Shown one piece after another: positions 35,861 through 44,497 of a stretch of DNA of 56,799 nt. Location: assembly GCA_045601765.1 (NCBI GenBank), contig JAZSAG010000006.1, positions 1-56,799 on the forward strand. The letters are read 5' to 3'. The translations under genes were made by a program, and so were the position numbers. Every line of letters begins with the position of its first letter. The first letter of the stretch is position 1. Under the pieces are notes generated by a model that was not told where the DNA came from, ran no database searches, and worked only from the letters and a program-made list of their open reading frames with translations. This DNA is from Candidatus Enterousia sp. GTDB taxonomy: Bacteria > Pseudomonadota > Alphaproteobacteria > Rs-D84.

Positions 35861-36076
35861 TTGGCAAAGTATTGTGAACAGTTTTCGTTGGATTGTACGT
35901 TTTGTTCGGATTCTTATCAGTGTTTGTCTGATAAAGAATGCGAACATCAAATAATGCTTAAACCGACAGAAACAGAAATATTTTTCTTAAAGCAATTAAA
36001 ACAACAAAGAATACAAAATAACGAAACGCTTAAAAGGTTAACAGATTTTATTGAAAAACAAAATAACCAAAGGTGA
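35861..36076 (+). CDS. Hypothetical Cys-rich small protein with a Q-rich C-terminal helix
   Basis: TTG start 10 nt after the ileS stop, preceded by AAGGGGTAAAAG. Cys pattern C-x6-C-x2-C-x5-C-x5-C. Confidence 0.4.
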   Translation: MAKYCEQFSLDCTFCSDSYQCLSDKECEHQIMLKPTETEIFFLKQLKQQRIQNNETLKRLTDFIEKQNNQR

Positions 36077-36080
36077 AAAC

Positions 36081-36527
36081 ATGGGGAAAACTTGCGTATA
36101 TTGTGGTAATATCAGTACAACATGTCCAAATAAATTACCAAATGGACAATGTAAAACCGATGGCTTAAACGAAGGTTCTGAATGTAATTTTGCCGCAGAA
36201 CTTATATATCCTGAAATGGGTTTCTTGATAGAATATCTGTACAATATCCACAATGGAACACCCCGTGTCATAGATTTGGCAAATGGTATTCATAAATCAC
36301 CTTGGATGTATGATTTTTATTGCACACAAATTGATAAACAGTGTCCTTATCAAACACGTGGTGGCAAATGCAACAGGCCGGAATGTTTGGTTGATGATAA
36401 ATATTGTCCAAAACAAGCAACCTTTACAAAAGACATAGAATTGGCTACTCGGTTATTACAGCGAATTCATTACAGACTGGAAAAACAACAAAAACAAATT
36501 GCCGAACTGCAACAAAATCAGAAATAA
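36081..36527 (+). CDS. Hypothetical Cys-rich protein (10 Cys) with a Q-rich coiled-coil tail
   Basis: ATG at 36081 after AAAGGTGA. MGKTCVYCGNISTTCPNKLPNGQC... and ...CTQIDKQCPYQTRGGKCNRPEC.... Confidence 0.55.
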   Translation: MGKTCVYCGNISTTCPNKLPNGQCKTDGLNEGSECNFAAELIYPEMGFLIEYLYNIHNGTPRVIDLANGIHKSPWMYDFYCTQIDKQCPYQTRGGKCNRPECLVDDKYCPKQATFTKDIELATRLLQRIHYRLEKQQKQIAELQQNQK

Positions 36528-36537
36528 AGGATTTATC

Positions 36538-36939
36538 ATGAATAAAAAACGTATATTTTTATATTGTTGTGTTTTTATTGCTGTAATTTTTGGGTGTTTT
36601 TATATCGGCAAATCCACAATATCACAAACATCAGAAACCCCGGAAATACAAAAATTTTCTGTTTTTGGTAAATGTGCAGATGGACAAGTAATAACAACAA
36701 AAACGAACAATAAAGAAAATGTCGAATATTTTTCACAATGTTTTTGTATGATTTCAAATCAAGAAAATCCAGAACCTGTATGGCTTGATATGGCAAGTAT
36801 AAAACATACTGAATTTATAGACAGTGATTCTAAAATGGCGGTTATGAAATGTAACAGTGGTTGTGATGATTTGTGTAAATCGCACTTTAATGAATTTTTA
36901 TCAAAAAATCCTGATTTTAAAATAGCAAAACGATGGTAA
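36538..36939 (+). CDS. Hypothetical exported/lipoprotein-like Cys-rich protein
   Basis: MNKKRIFLYCCVFIAVIFGC... signal/lipobox-like N-terminus. Packed tightly between the previous ORF and nth. Confidence 0.55.
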   Translation: MNKKRIFLYCCVFIAVIFGCFYIGKSTISQTSETPEIQKFSVFGKCADGQVITTKTNNKENVEYFSQCFCMISNQENPEPVWLDMASIKHTEFIDSDSKMAVMKCNSGCDDLCKSHFNEFLSKNPDFKIAKRW

Positions 36940-36946
36940 TAACACT

Positions 36947-37582
36947 ATGACGCCACAGCAATATTTTGAAAATGTACCGAATACAGTTGATATGACTATA
37001 CGCTCGGAACTGTATCACACAAATGAATTTAATTTTGCTGTGGCGGTGATATTATCTGCCCAGGCAACGGACAAGAAAGTAAACGAGGTAACCCCCGCCC
37101 TGTTCGCGGTTGCGCCAACACCACAAAAAATGTTGGAATTGGGATTGGATGGTTTAAAAGAATATATCAAGGTTATTTCTTTCTTTAATAACAAGGCGAA
37201 AAATATTATCGCATTGTCACAACGGTTATCCGATGAAAATATAACAGACACATTTTCAGAAAAATATCACACGCGTGATGCATTGATGTCTTTGCCGGGA
37301 ATCGGACAAAAGACGGCCAACGTTGTTATGAATGTTTTATGGAACGCGCCACAAATTGGTGTTGATACGCATGTGTTTCGTAATTCGCACAGATATGGTT
37401 GGGTTGACCGTACCGATAACACGCCTGAAAAAGTAGAAATAAAACTGTTGAAAAAAATCCCCAAAAAATATCATCCAATTGTAAATCATGTTATGGTGTT
37501 GCATGGCCGATATACGTGTCGTGCGATAAAACCAAAATGTGACGAATGTCCTGTGGCAAAATATTGCAACGCAAAACAATAA
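36947..37582 (+). CDS. nth: Endonuclease III
   Basis: HhH motif LPGIGQKTANVV and a C-terminal 4Fe-4S cluster loop CRAIKPKCDECPVAKYC. Confidence 0.95.
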   Translation: MTPQQYFENVPNTVDMTIRSELYHTNEFNFAVAVILSAQATDKKVNEVTPALFAVAPTPQKMLELGLDGLKEYIKVISFFNNKAKNIIALSQRLSDENITDTFSEKYHTRDALMSLPGIGQKTANVVMNVLWNAPQIGVDTHVFRNSHRYGWVDRTDNTPEKVEIKLLKKIPKKYHPIVNHVMVLHGRYTCRAIKPKCDECPVAKYCNAKQ

Positions 37583-37587
37583 AAAAA

Positions 37588-37610
37588 GCCGGCAAATGCC
37601 GGCAATTTTT
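37588..37610. terminator. Bidirectional terminator
   Basis: GCCGGCA-aa-TGCCGGC hairpin followed by a T-run. Confidence 0.7.
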
Positions 37611-38826
37611 ATTCGTGCCGCAGACTGTCTATTGGGTTTAACTTTGCGGCCTTCATTGCCGGCATAACGCCCGAAGACAACCCCACAACTATCGCCACAG
37701 ATACAGACAATAATACCGGCCAAATACTGAACGGCACATTATACCCCAATATAAATCGACCGACACCCTGTGATAAACCCACCCCCAGTATCAGTCCAAT
37801 CATAGACCCAATAAAAGATATCAAAACAGATTCGGACAAGAATTGAATTATTATCATACGCTCGCGTGCGCCAATGGCCTTGCGGATACCAATTTCACGT
37901 GTGCGTTCTGCAACAGAAACCAACATCATATTCATAATACCAATTGCACCCACCAATAATGACACCGCCGCAATAGCAATCAATAACAGTTTTAAATACC
38001 CGGTCACAGTATTCATTGTTTCCATAATCTGTTTCATATCCATAATTTGAAAGTCATCAGCCACATCGTCTTTCAGTCTGTGCCTTTGTCGCAATAACAT
38101 AGATATTTGTTCAATGGCCAGATTATTATCAGATTCTGCAAATAACTTCATTGCAACCATATTCACAGAATTTGGAAAGCGTGATCCCTGTAATCGTTTT
38201 TTCAGTGTTGTAATTGGGATTATTATCATATCGTCTTGACTGCCCATTGCGGAATCACCTTTGGCCTTGGTGACACCGATAACAACAAACGGTGTGTTTT
38301 GAACACGAATAACTTCGCCCACAGGATTCTTGGGCAGTCCCAGTTCTTCGGCTGTTTCCGGTCCAATGACGGCATATGTCGATGCATTGCGAACTGCGGA
38401 CATATCAAAAAAAGTCCCGTATTCAATTTCTACATTTTGCACAGTTGTATAATCAGGATACACCCCAATCATAGAAGTCCCCCAGTTTTTATTCCCGTAA
38501 ATCACCTGGGCGGCACTGTTTTGTATTGGTGTTATTGCCATAACATCGGGCAGTTTACCGATAAATTCAGCGTCTTGAATGGTCAGTGTTTGTCGGTTTC
38601 CTGTTCTGACACCGGCCTGTTGTGCGGCGCCGGCACGTATCATAATTGTATTTGTCCCCAGTGATGAAAATTGGTCTGTAATAGATTTTTGCACTGTTTC
38701 CCCCACGGCCACCATAATCACCACCGCCATAACACCGATGATAATACCTAATACCGTCAAAAAAGAACGAATTTTGTTACCGCTGATTGATAGCCAAGAT
38801 TCTTTTAAAATATCATTAAATGTCAT
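37609..38826 (-). CDS. MacB-like ABC transporter permease (FtsX fold with periplasmic domain)
   Basis: 405 aa: N-terminal TM helix, a large periplasmic domain, and three C-terminal TM helices (FtsX-like ...ERTREIGIRKAIGA...). Confidence 0.85.
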   Translation of the reverse strand: MTFNDILKESWLSISGNKIRSFLTVLGIIIGVMAVVIMVAVGETVQKSITDQFSSLGTNTIMIRAGAAQQAGVRTGNRQTLTIQDAEFIGKLPDVMAITPIQNSAAQVIYGNKNWGTSMIGVYPDYTTVQNVEIEYGTFFDMSAVRNASTYAVIGPETAEELGLPKNPVGEVIRVQNTPFVVIGVTKAKGDSAMGSQDDMIIIPITTLKKRLQGSRFPNSVNMVAMKLFAESDNNLAIEQISMLLRQRHRLKDDVADDFQIMDMKQIMETMNTVTGYLKLLLIAIAAVSLLVGAIGIMNMMLVSVAERTREIGIRKAIGARERMIIIQFLSESVLISFIGSMIGLILGVGLSQGVGRFILGYNVPFSIWPVLLSVSVAIVVGLSSGVMPAMKAAKLNPIDSLRHE

Positions 38827-38844
38827 TATGTTATCCCCTGCTGT

Positions 38845-39573
38845 TTACAGTTTTGCATCATTTTTTGGAATTGGACCGTCATAGTTTATACGTCCGTCAC
38901 GAATGTGTATCAGTCTGTCGGCATACTTTGCAATATCAAATTCGTGTGTAATCATTACAATAGTGATACCCATTTCTTTGTTCAGTTTTTTAAAGAATTG
39001 TAAAATTTCATTTCCCATTTTACTGTCCAATGCGCCCGTTGGTTCGTCTGCTAAAATCAGTTTTGGGTCACCGGCCAGTGCACGCGCAATTGCGACGCGT
39101 TGCTTCATCCCGCCTGATAACTGTGTTGGCAAATAAGATTCAAAGTTTTCCAGTCCCACGCGTTTCAGCATTTCGCGCGCACGTCTAATTCTTTCATCCA
39201 TTGGCATCCCACGATACATCAGTGGCAACATAACATTATCCAACACGCTGCGCTTTGACAGCAGGTTAAATTGTTGAAAAACAAATCCTATATGTTCATT
39301 TCTGACAATTGCCAGTTCATCTGGTGTTAACCCCGTCACATCACGACCATACAGTTCATACACCCCAGATGTCGGTGTGTCTAATGCCCCAATAATATTC
39401 ATGCATGTCGATTTCCCAGATCCCGACGGCCCCATAATCGCAACAAATTCGCCGGCATGAACAGTAAAATTTATATTAAATAAAACCTGTTGTTGACCGC
39501 CAAGTTCCAATGGAAAACTTTTATTTATATCCTTCAGCGATATAATAATATCTGATTTTTTCTTCATATGCAT
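38845..39573 (-). CDS. ABC transporter ATP-binding protein (MacB/LolD-type)
   Basis: Walker A GPSGSGKST, signature LSGGMKQRVAIARAL, Walker B ILADEPTGALD. An alternative start lies at 39567. Confidence 0.9.
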   Translation of the reverse strand: MHMKKKSDIIISLKDINKSFPLELGGQQQVLFNINFTVHAGEFVAIMGPSGSGKSTCMNIIGALDTPTSGVYELYGRDVTGLTPDELAIVRNEHIGFVFQQFNLLSKRSVLDNVMLPLMYRGMPMDERIRRAREMLKRVGLENFESYLPTQLSGGMKQRVAIARALAGDPKLILADEPTGALDSKMGNEILQFFKKLNKEMGITIVMITHEFDIAKYADRLIHIRDGRINYDGPIPKNDAKL

Positions 39574-39627
39574 TCTCTCTGTTTCAGTATTATTATATCA
39601 TTACAAACAAATGTTTTTTACAAAAAA

Positions 39628-39650
39628 AACCGGCAAAAACCGGTTTTTTA
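39628..39650 (-). terminator. der terminator
   Basis: AACCGG-caaaaa-CCGGTT hairpin flanked by A and T runs. Confidence 0.6.
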
Positions 39651-40988
39651 ATCATATGGATTTTCTGATTTTTCATATTCAATAATTATCGGCAAATGTT
39701 CCCATTTAAGTGCCGTCGCCAGTCCGCGTCGCAAATATCTGGTGTATGATTCGGGGATATCAGACGCCCCACCAACATTGATAGTAATTTTCATTGGATG
39801 TCGTCCTGTTTGTCTGGCGAATTTAATTTTCATTGCGCGTTTCAATCGTGACATTGGTGGCTGACGTTGTTCCACCAACTTTTCAACAATTCTGTTAATT
39901 AAACTGGTTGGTGCCTGGGCCATAGAAATATCCCATTGTTCATAGATGCGTCGGAACATATTTTGCACGCCCATACCTGTTTCTGCGGAAACGGCCAATA
40001 TCATTGGTTTTATTATCTGATGAAAAGAATTTGCGAATTGGTGTTTTAACTTTAATAATTTTTCATCACGTAATTCTGGTTCAACCAGGTCCCATTTATT
40101 CAGTGCAACACATAAAATTTTTCCTGCGTTATAAACGCGTGCGGCAATCCCCAGTGCCTGGTTTTCAATATTGCGCGTTGCGTCAACCATCAGTATAACA
40201 ACATCTGATTTTTCAATCGCATCCAGTGATTTCAGCGCAGATAACGTTTCCACGTCATCTGTGACACCGGCCTTTCTACGCAGCCCCGCTGTATCCATCA
40301 GAACAATGTCGCGCCCATAGAATTTTGTCGGTATTTTAACGGTGTCACGTGTAATTCCTGGGGCGTCCATAACAATCTGGCGTTTTTCACCCAACACGCG
40401 ATTTACAAATGTTGATTTGCCAACATTTGGCTGGCCCAGAACTGCGATTTTAATTCTGGTATCTGGGTCAGGTTCTTGATTTTGTGTTTCGTTTTCAGGC
40501 CCATAATTTGCAATTTTATCCAAGAATTCATAGATTTTATCAAACCCACGTTTGTGTTCTGCGGAAACCAAAACCGGTTCGCCAAACCCCAGTTTGTAAA
40601 AATCATGAACATTGGCCAGTCTTTTTTCCGATTCGCTTTTATTAATCAACAGCAATATCGGCGCCCGTGTTTTACGGTGCACCATCCGTGCCCAGTCCAT
40701 ATCTTCGTTGGTCAGTCCGACCCGACCATCGACAACGAATAAAACGGCATCTGCATCGGCAATTGCATCTATTGCCATATTGGTTGAATCCAATGCAATT
40801 CCACTGCGTGCATTTTCCAGTCCCGCCGTATCAAACAGGGAATACGGGCGGTTTTTAAATTTTCCCGATATAGTATCACGCGTAACCCCCGGTCTGTCAT
40901 GTACCAGTGCGTCACGTGTTCCCGTCAGGGCATTAAACAATGTAGACTTACCTGTATTTGGTCGTCCTGCAATAGTTATTTTAATCAT
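39648..40988 (-). CDS. der: Ribosome-associated GTPase Der/EngA
   Basis: Two tandem G domains (GRPNTGKSTLFN and GQPNVGKSTFVN) plus a KH-like C-terminus. Confidence 0.95.
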   Translation of the reverse strand: MIKITIAGRPNTGKSTLFNALTGTRDALVHDRPGVTRDTISGKFKNRPYSLFDTAGLENARSGIALDSTNMAIDAIADADAVLFVVDGRVGLTNEDMDWARMVHRKTRAPILLLINKSESEKRLANVHDFYKLGFGEPVLVSAEHKRGFDKIYEFLDKIANYGPENETQNQEPDPDTRIKIAVLGQPNVGKSTFVNRVLGEKRQIVMDAPGITRDTVKIPTKFYGRDIVLMDTAGLRRKAGVTDDVETLSALKSLDAIEKSDVVILMVDATRNIENQALGIAARVYNAGKILCVALNKWDLVEPELRDEKLLKLKHQFANSFHQIIKPMILAVSAETGMGVQNMFRRIYEQWDISMAQAPTSLINRIVEKLVEQRQPPMSRLKRAMKIKFARQTGRHPMKITINVGGASDIPESYTRYLRRGLATALKWEHLPIIIEYEKSENPYD

Positions 40989-41055
40989 AATTTTTCCATT
41001 GATTTTTTGTAATTATAAAGCAAAAATATAAATAATCAAATACAGGGAGCCAACT

Positions 41056-41652
41056 ATGACTAAAAAACTGGACAAAGCCATAAAACATATCCGTAATGTA
41101 ATTGTTAACCCACGGCGCTTTTTTACCAAGATTGTTGCCGATGGTAACATGGAAGAATCAATGTTAAAGGCATTTTTGTATGGTTTATTGGGTGGCTGTT
41201 TGGTTTTACTTATCAGATTACTGGGTGGTGCAACAATTACACTGGGTGCCATATTTACGGCGGTTATAATTGTTCCTGTGTTGGCTGTTTCGCTGTTGTT
41301 CGTACTGGGCGGACTTATGATGCTGGTATCTGAAATCACGGGTGGTGAACGTGATTGGGAAATCGCGATCAAGGGATTGGCGTCAATATTCTTTATATAT
41401 CCTGTGATATTGGTTTTGAATGCCTTGGCGTTTAATTGTGTATCTATTTGGGTGATAAGTTTACTGGTAGATATATATGTTTTGTTCTTGTTTTATAACA
41501 TATCATTGTATTGCATGCGCGGTAAAAAGGCCAATGTTATATTGGTAATTGGTATACTGGCATTGTTTATGATAACAGTATACGCAACAGATTACCGTAT
41601 TGGTTGGTTTATGTTAAAGAACACGGGCGCAACCCTGGCATGCTTGGTATAA
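41056..41652 (+). CDS. Yip1-family membrane protein
   Basis: N-terminal ...NPRRFFTKI... followed by five hydrophobic helices. 198 aa. Confidence 0.6.
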   Translation: MTKKLDKAIKHIRNVIVNPRRFFTKIVADGNMEESMLKAFLYGLLGGCLVLLIRLLGGATITLGAIFTAVIIVPVLAVSLLFVLGGLMMLVSEITGGERDWEIAIKGLASIFFIYPVILVLNALAFNCVSIWVISLLVDIYVLFLFYNISLYCMRGKKANVILVIGILALFMITVYATDYRIGWFMLKNTGATLACLV

Positions 41653-41660
41653 AAAAGAAA

Positions 41661-41682
41661 TCGGCAATCGCCGATTTTTTTT
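41661..41682 (+). terminator. Terminator
   Basis: TCGGC-aatc-GCCGA hairpin followed by eight T. Confidence 0.7.
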
Positions 41683-41687
41683 AACTA

Positions 41688-41763
41688 TGGTGCCGGTAAT
41701 AGGACTTGAACCTACGACCCCCTCATTACGAATGAGATGCTCTACCAACTGAGCTATACCGGC
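41688..41763 (-). tRNA. tRNA-Thr (CGT)
   Basis: Canonical cloverleaf on the minus strand: GCCGGTA...anticodon loop TTCGTAA...GTAGG-TTCAAGT-CCTAT...TACCGGCACCA. Confidence 0.92.
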
Positions 41764-41823
41764 AATGTGTACAAACTATAATACATCTTTTTAATTATTT
41801 CCAGCCTAAATTAATATAAATAT

Positions 41824-41851
41824 TTGCTTTTCAAAAAAACTTTGTTATAAT
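41824..41851 (+). promoter_or_regulatory. Strong sigma70-like promoter, presumably the native tRNA-Val promoter
   Basis: TTGCTT, 16 bp spacer, TATAAT, about 45 bp upstream of the first tRNA-Val fragment. Confidence 0.55.
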
Positions 41852-41896
41852 CAACCTGCTTTGGTTTCTGGACATAGCGCCCCAGGCAAACTTTTT

Positions 41897-41955
41897 GGGT
41901 GGTTAGCTCAGTTGGGAAGCCGCGTACGTTGACATCGTAAATGTCGTCGGTTTCT
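41897..41955 (+). pseudogene. tRNA-Val pseudogene fragment 1 (degenerate D-arm, ends in the T-loop)
   Basis: gggtggttagctcagttgg then diverged, then tacgttgacatcgtaaatgtcgtcggtttc. No T-stem 3' strand or acceptor 3' strand. Confidence 0.8.
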
Positions 41956-41983
41956 GGACATAGCGCCCCAGGCAAACCTTTTA

Positions 41984-42025
41984 GGGTGGTTAGCTCAGTT
42001 GGTTAGAGCGTTACGTTGACATCGT
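41984..42025 (+). repeat. attL: 42-bp exact copy of tRNA-Val positions 1-42
   Basis: Identical to 54162-54203. Identity ends 3 nt after the anticodon loop. Confidence 0.9.
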
Positions 42026-42122
42026 TATTCTCCCTTGATTATTTGTTTTTTGAATTTTTCCTAGATTTCTGCTGTATACACTCATTTTTTATTCCTTTTG
42101 TTTTGTCGCATTTTCTTGTGTT

Positions 42123-42141
42123 TTGGAGCAATTTTGGAGCA
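42123..42141 (+). repeat. TTGGAGCA x2 phased 11 bp apart (candidate integrase arm-type sites, P' arm)
   Basis: The 20-mer tttggagcaattttggagca is repeated at 54030-54049. It lies 97 bp from the attL core. Confidence 0.5.
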
Positions 42142-42159
42142 CTTTGTAGATTTTGATGC

Positions 42160-42393
42160 TTATTTTGCATAGTTTGACATGGTGTATTTGTACAGGTGTG
42201 CCATCTTATTGCTAACCCATTCATCAACATCGTTGCGCGCGTAGACTGTTGTTCGTCCCCATTTTCGGAACGCAGGTGATTTACCTTGAGCTCTCAGTTT
42301 TTCCAACAGCTTTTTTGAGGTCGGCAATCCACATTCATTTGTAAGATACACCGACAAGTCTTTTTCAGTAATATAATCTGTTTTGATTCCCAT
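42160..42393 (-). CDS. AlpA/excisionase-like helix-turn-helix protein
   Basis: 77 aa. ...ITEKDLSVYL...SKKLLEKLRAQGKSPAFRKWGRTTVYARNDVDEWV resembles MerR/AlpA-type Xis. Lies 2 bp downstream of int. Confidence 0.6.
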   Translation of the reverse strand: MGIKTDYITEKDLSVYLTNECGLPTSKKLLEKLRAQGKSPAFRKWGRTTVYARNDVDEWVSNKMAHLYKYTMSNYAK

Positions 42394-42395
42394 AA

Positions 42396-43706
42396 TTATG
42401 CCCCTTGGTTTTGAATTTCTTGTTCTGCTTTCTGATATCCGCTGTTCAGTAGTTTTTGTATGCTTTCTGACACCATATCGGCCTTTGCTATCAATTTTTT
42501 CATTCTGTTGTGCGTATACTTCGCTGTTACACCACCGTTGCTATGACCCAATAAGCCACCAATCTGCAATTCAGGGATATCCAATTCATTACATTGGGTC
42601 GCAAACGAATGCCGTAAACTGTGTGGATGTATTTTTTCCTGCAGACCAGCAACAGATGCACAAATTGTTTTTAGTGCTTTGCCACAGTCCTGCCGGTGTA
42701 TTTCTTGTCCGTCTTTATCCATGCTTGGAAACAGATATTTGGAACTTTTGCTTTTATACATTTCTTCTAACAATCGTTTCGCAGCAGAACCAAAAACCCT
42801 GATTTGTTCGCCGTCAGTGGTCTTGGTTTGTGCAAAATTGAAATACTGTTGTTTCAAATTCACCCTATCCCACGTAAGCCCCAATAGCTCGCTTTTACGA
42901 CAACCAGTCAACAGCAATAGCTTTATGATGTCTGTTGCCTGTGCATCTTTTCTAGCTTTGGTTTTTGACAACTCAGATTTTCTTATTGCGTAGCCAAATT
43001 GTGTAAAAGATTCTTCATCAAGGTATGCAGCCGCCTTTTTGTTATGAATGATTTTTTCAAACTTTTTTGAACTCATCGGATTTTTCTCAATAAGGTCATG
43101 TGCTTCGCCAAAATTCAATATGGCATTCAACATTTCCATAACACGCTTGGCACATCCCGTGCCACCTGTAACCTTTGTATACGAATGTGGATTATTTGGA
43201 TTTTTCTGCCCCTCTATGACAATGCGCTTATCACCATTTGCAATCGCAGACTGCAACCCCATGACATCCTCTACGCTCAAATCTGATAATCGTATATCAC
43301 CTATGATTGGCAGGACATGTCTTGTGATGCGGCTTTTGTCTACCTTTTTAGTACTGGCGCGAACATAGTGTTCTGCCTGATATTTTTCACATAAATCTTT
43401 TACCGTAAAATTTTTGTTCTTTTTGGATTTTATCAGACTATCTGACTTGATTGTTGGCTTGAATTCGTCTAGCAAGTCGCGTGCCTCATTTACAGACATA
43501 TCACTTGTTTTGCCCAATGTTTTGGTCTGGTTCTTGTTACATTTATTTCTATATTTGTATATAAAGGTTGCACCGGTTTTACCAATACGGATACCGAATC
43601 CACTTGTTTTTGTATCCCAAATAATTTTTGCTTGAACTATGCCTTTTTCAATTTGGATATTGATTTTGTTTACTAAAGTTTGTGAAATGTTTTCCTTGGT
43701 TGCCAT
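42396..43706 (-). CDS. Tyrosine integrase with an N-terminal Arm (DUF4102-like) domain
   Basis: 436 aa. Catalytic region ...HPHSLRHSFATQ... and ...LLGHSNGGVTAKYTH (R..HxxR..Y). Confidence 0.9.
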   Translation of the reverse strand: MATKENISQTLVNKINIQIEKGIVQAKIIWDTKTSGFGIRIGKTGATFIYKYRNKCNKNQTKTLGKTSDMSVNEARDLLDEFKPTIKSDSLIKSKKNKNFTVKDLCEKYQAEHYVRASTKKVDKSRITRHVLPIIGDIRLSDLSVEDVMGLQSAIANGDKRIVIEGQKNPNNPHSYTKVTGGTGCAKRVMEMLNAILNFGEAHDLIEKNPMSSKKFEKIIHNKKAAAYLDEESFTQFGYAIRKSELSKTKARKDAQATDIIKLLLLTGCRKSELLGLTWDRVNLKQQYFNFAQTKTTDGEQIRVFGSAAKRLLEEMYKSKSSKYLFPSMDKDGQEIHRQDCGKALKTICASVAGLQEKIHPHSLRHSFATQCNELDIPELQIGGLLGHSNGGVTAKYTHNRMKKLIAKADMVSESIQKLLNSGYQKAEQEIQNQGA

Positions 43707-43835
43707 TTTAGCTGCCTTTTTGTTTCTCTTGATTTTTTATCCAAACAAGCTAAAATGACTTTTGTCGCAGCACTCTAACTTGTTTAGGGTTCTGTTGGGA
43801 TGAGCGAGCGCCAACTTGTTCATCCCATTTTATTT

Positions 43836-44363
43836 TTATTCCATATTTGCTTTTATATAATTCATGATTCTGTCTGCAATATCTGGTCTTTTTGCATAGC
43901 GTTTGTAGACTTGTGATTCTATCATATACGGGGATATATTCATAACCCCAGACATGTGTTTGTCTTCTGGTATCGCTAACAACTTATTTCTAAATTCATT
44001 TGCTTCATCTGCTGTCATGCTGTTGACTTTTTTGGCCATCAGCTCCATCAGCTCTTTTGTCCAATCTTTATTATTTGGGGTCTGAACCATGATGTATTGC
44101 TCAAATTCTCGGTCGATTACAACTGCTTCTGTTTGTGTTTCACGAATGCTTTTATCCAGTTCTTCAATTTCACTTTTGGGTAAGGCAAACGCTGAAATGA
44201 TGTTTTCGCGCAGGAAAGCCGGTATCGTTTGTTGTCCAGATATAACCAATGACATTGTTGTAGGGGATACGCCCAAGATTTCAGACAAATGGGCAACGCT
44301 TATTCTATGCTTTGCACAAAATATCGACAACCACATTCCAAACTTTGTTCTATAATTAGCCAT
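43836..44363 (-). CDS. XRE-type HTH protein with an uncharacterised C-terminal domain
   Basis: HTH ...ISVAHLSEILGVSPTTMSLVISGQQ. CTTTATAA-type palindromic motifs lie in its upstream region (44409-44449). Confidence 0.65.
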   Translation of the reverse strand: MANYRTKFGMWLSIFCAKHRISVAHLSEILGVSPTTMSLVISGQQTIPAFLRENIISAFALPKSEIEELDKSIRETQTEAVVIDREFEQYIMVQTPNNKDWTKELMELMAKKVNSMTADEANEFRNKLLAIPEDKHMSGVMNISPYMIESQVYKRYAKRPDIADRIMNYIKANME

Positions 44364-44461
44364 GTTTTTAGCTCCTGTAAGACTATTGTTATACGCATTA
44401 TAAACAAACTTTATAAATAGTCAAGAAAAACTTTATTATCTTTATAAAGACTACAAACACA

Positions 44462-44486
44462 TAAAAATCCGCAGGGGTTCTGCGGA
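44462..44486 (-). terminator. Terminator of the ATPase gene
   Basis: TCCGCAG-loop-CTGCGGA hairpin followed by a T-run on the minus strand. Confidence 0.65.
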
Positions 44487-44497
44487 ATATAGTTTGT

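Larger units (their letters stand above)
41863..42025 (+). repeat. Tandem ~86-bp duplication (ggtttctggacatagcgccccaggcaaac + tRNA-Val 5' part)
   Basis: Unit A spans 41863-41948 and unit B starts at 41949. The 29-bp leader is nearly identical in both. Confidence 0.85.

Noticed and set aside
42039-42230. Small ORFs 42039..42230 and 53926..54120 sharing the peptide APKLLQ, as a possible duplicated gene.
   Set aside because: The shared peptide comes from the TTGGAGCA DNA repeats. The rest of the two ORFs is unrelated and they lack an RBS.
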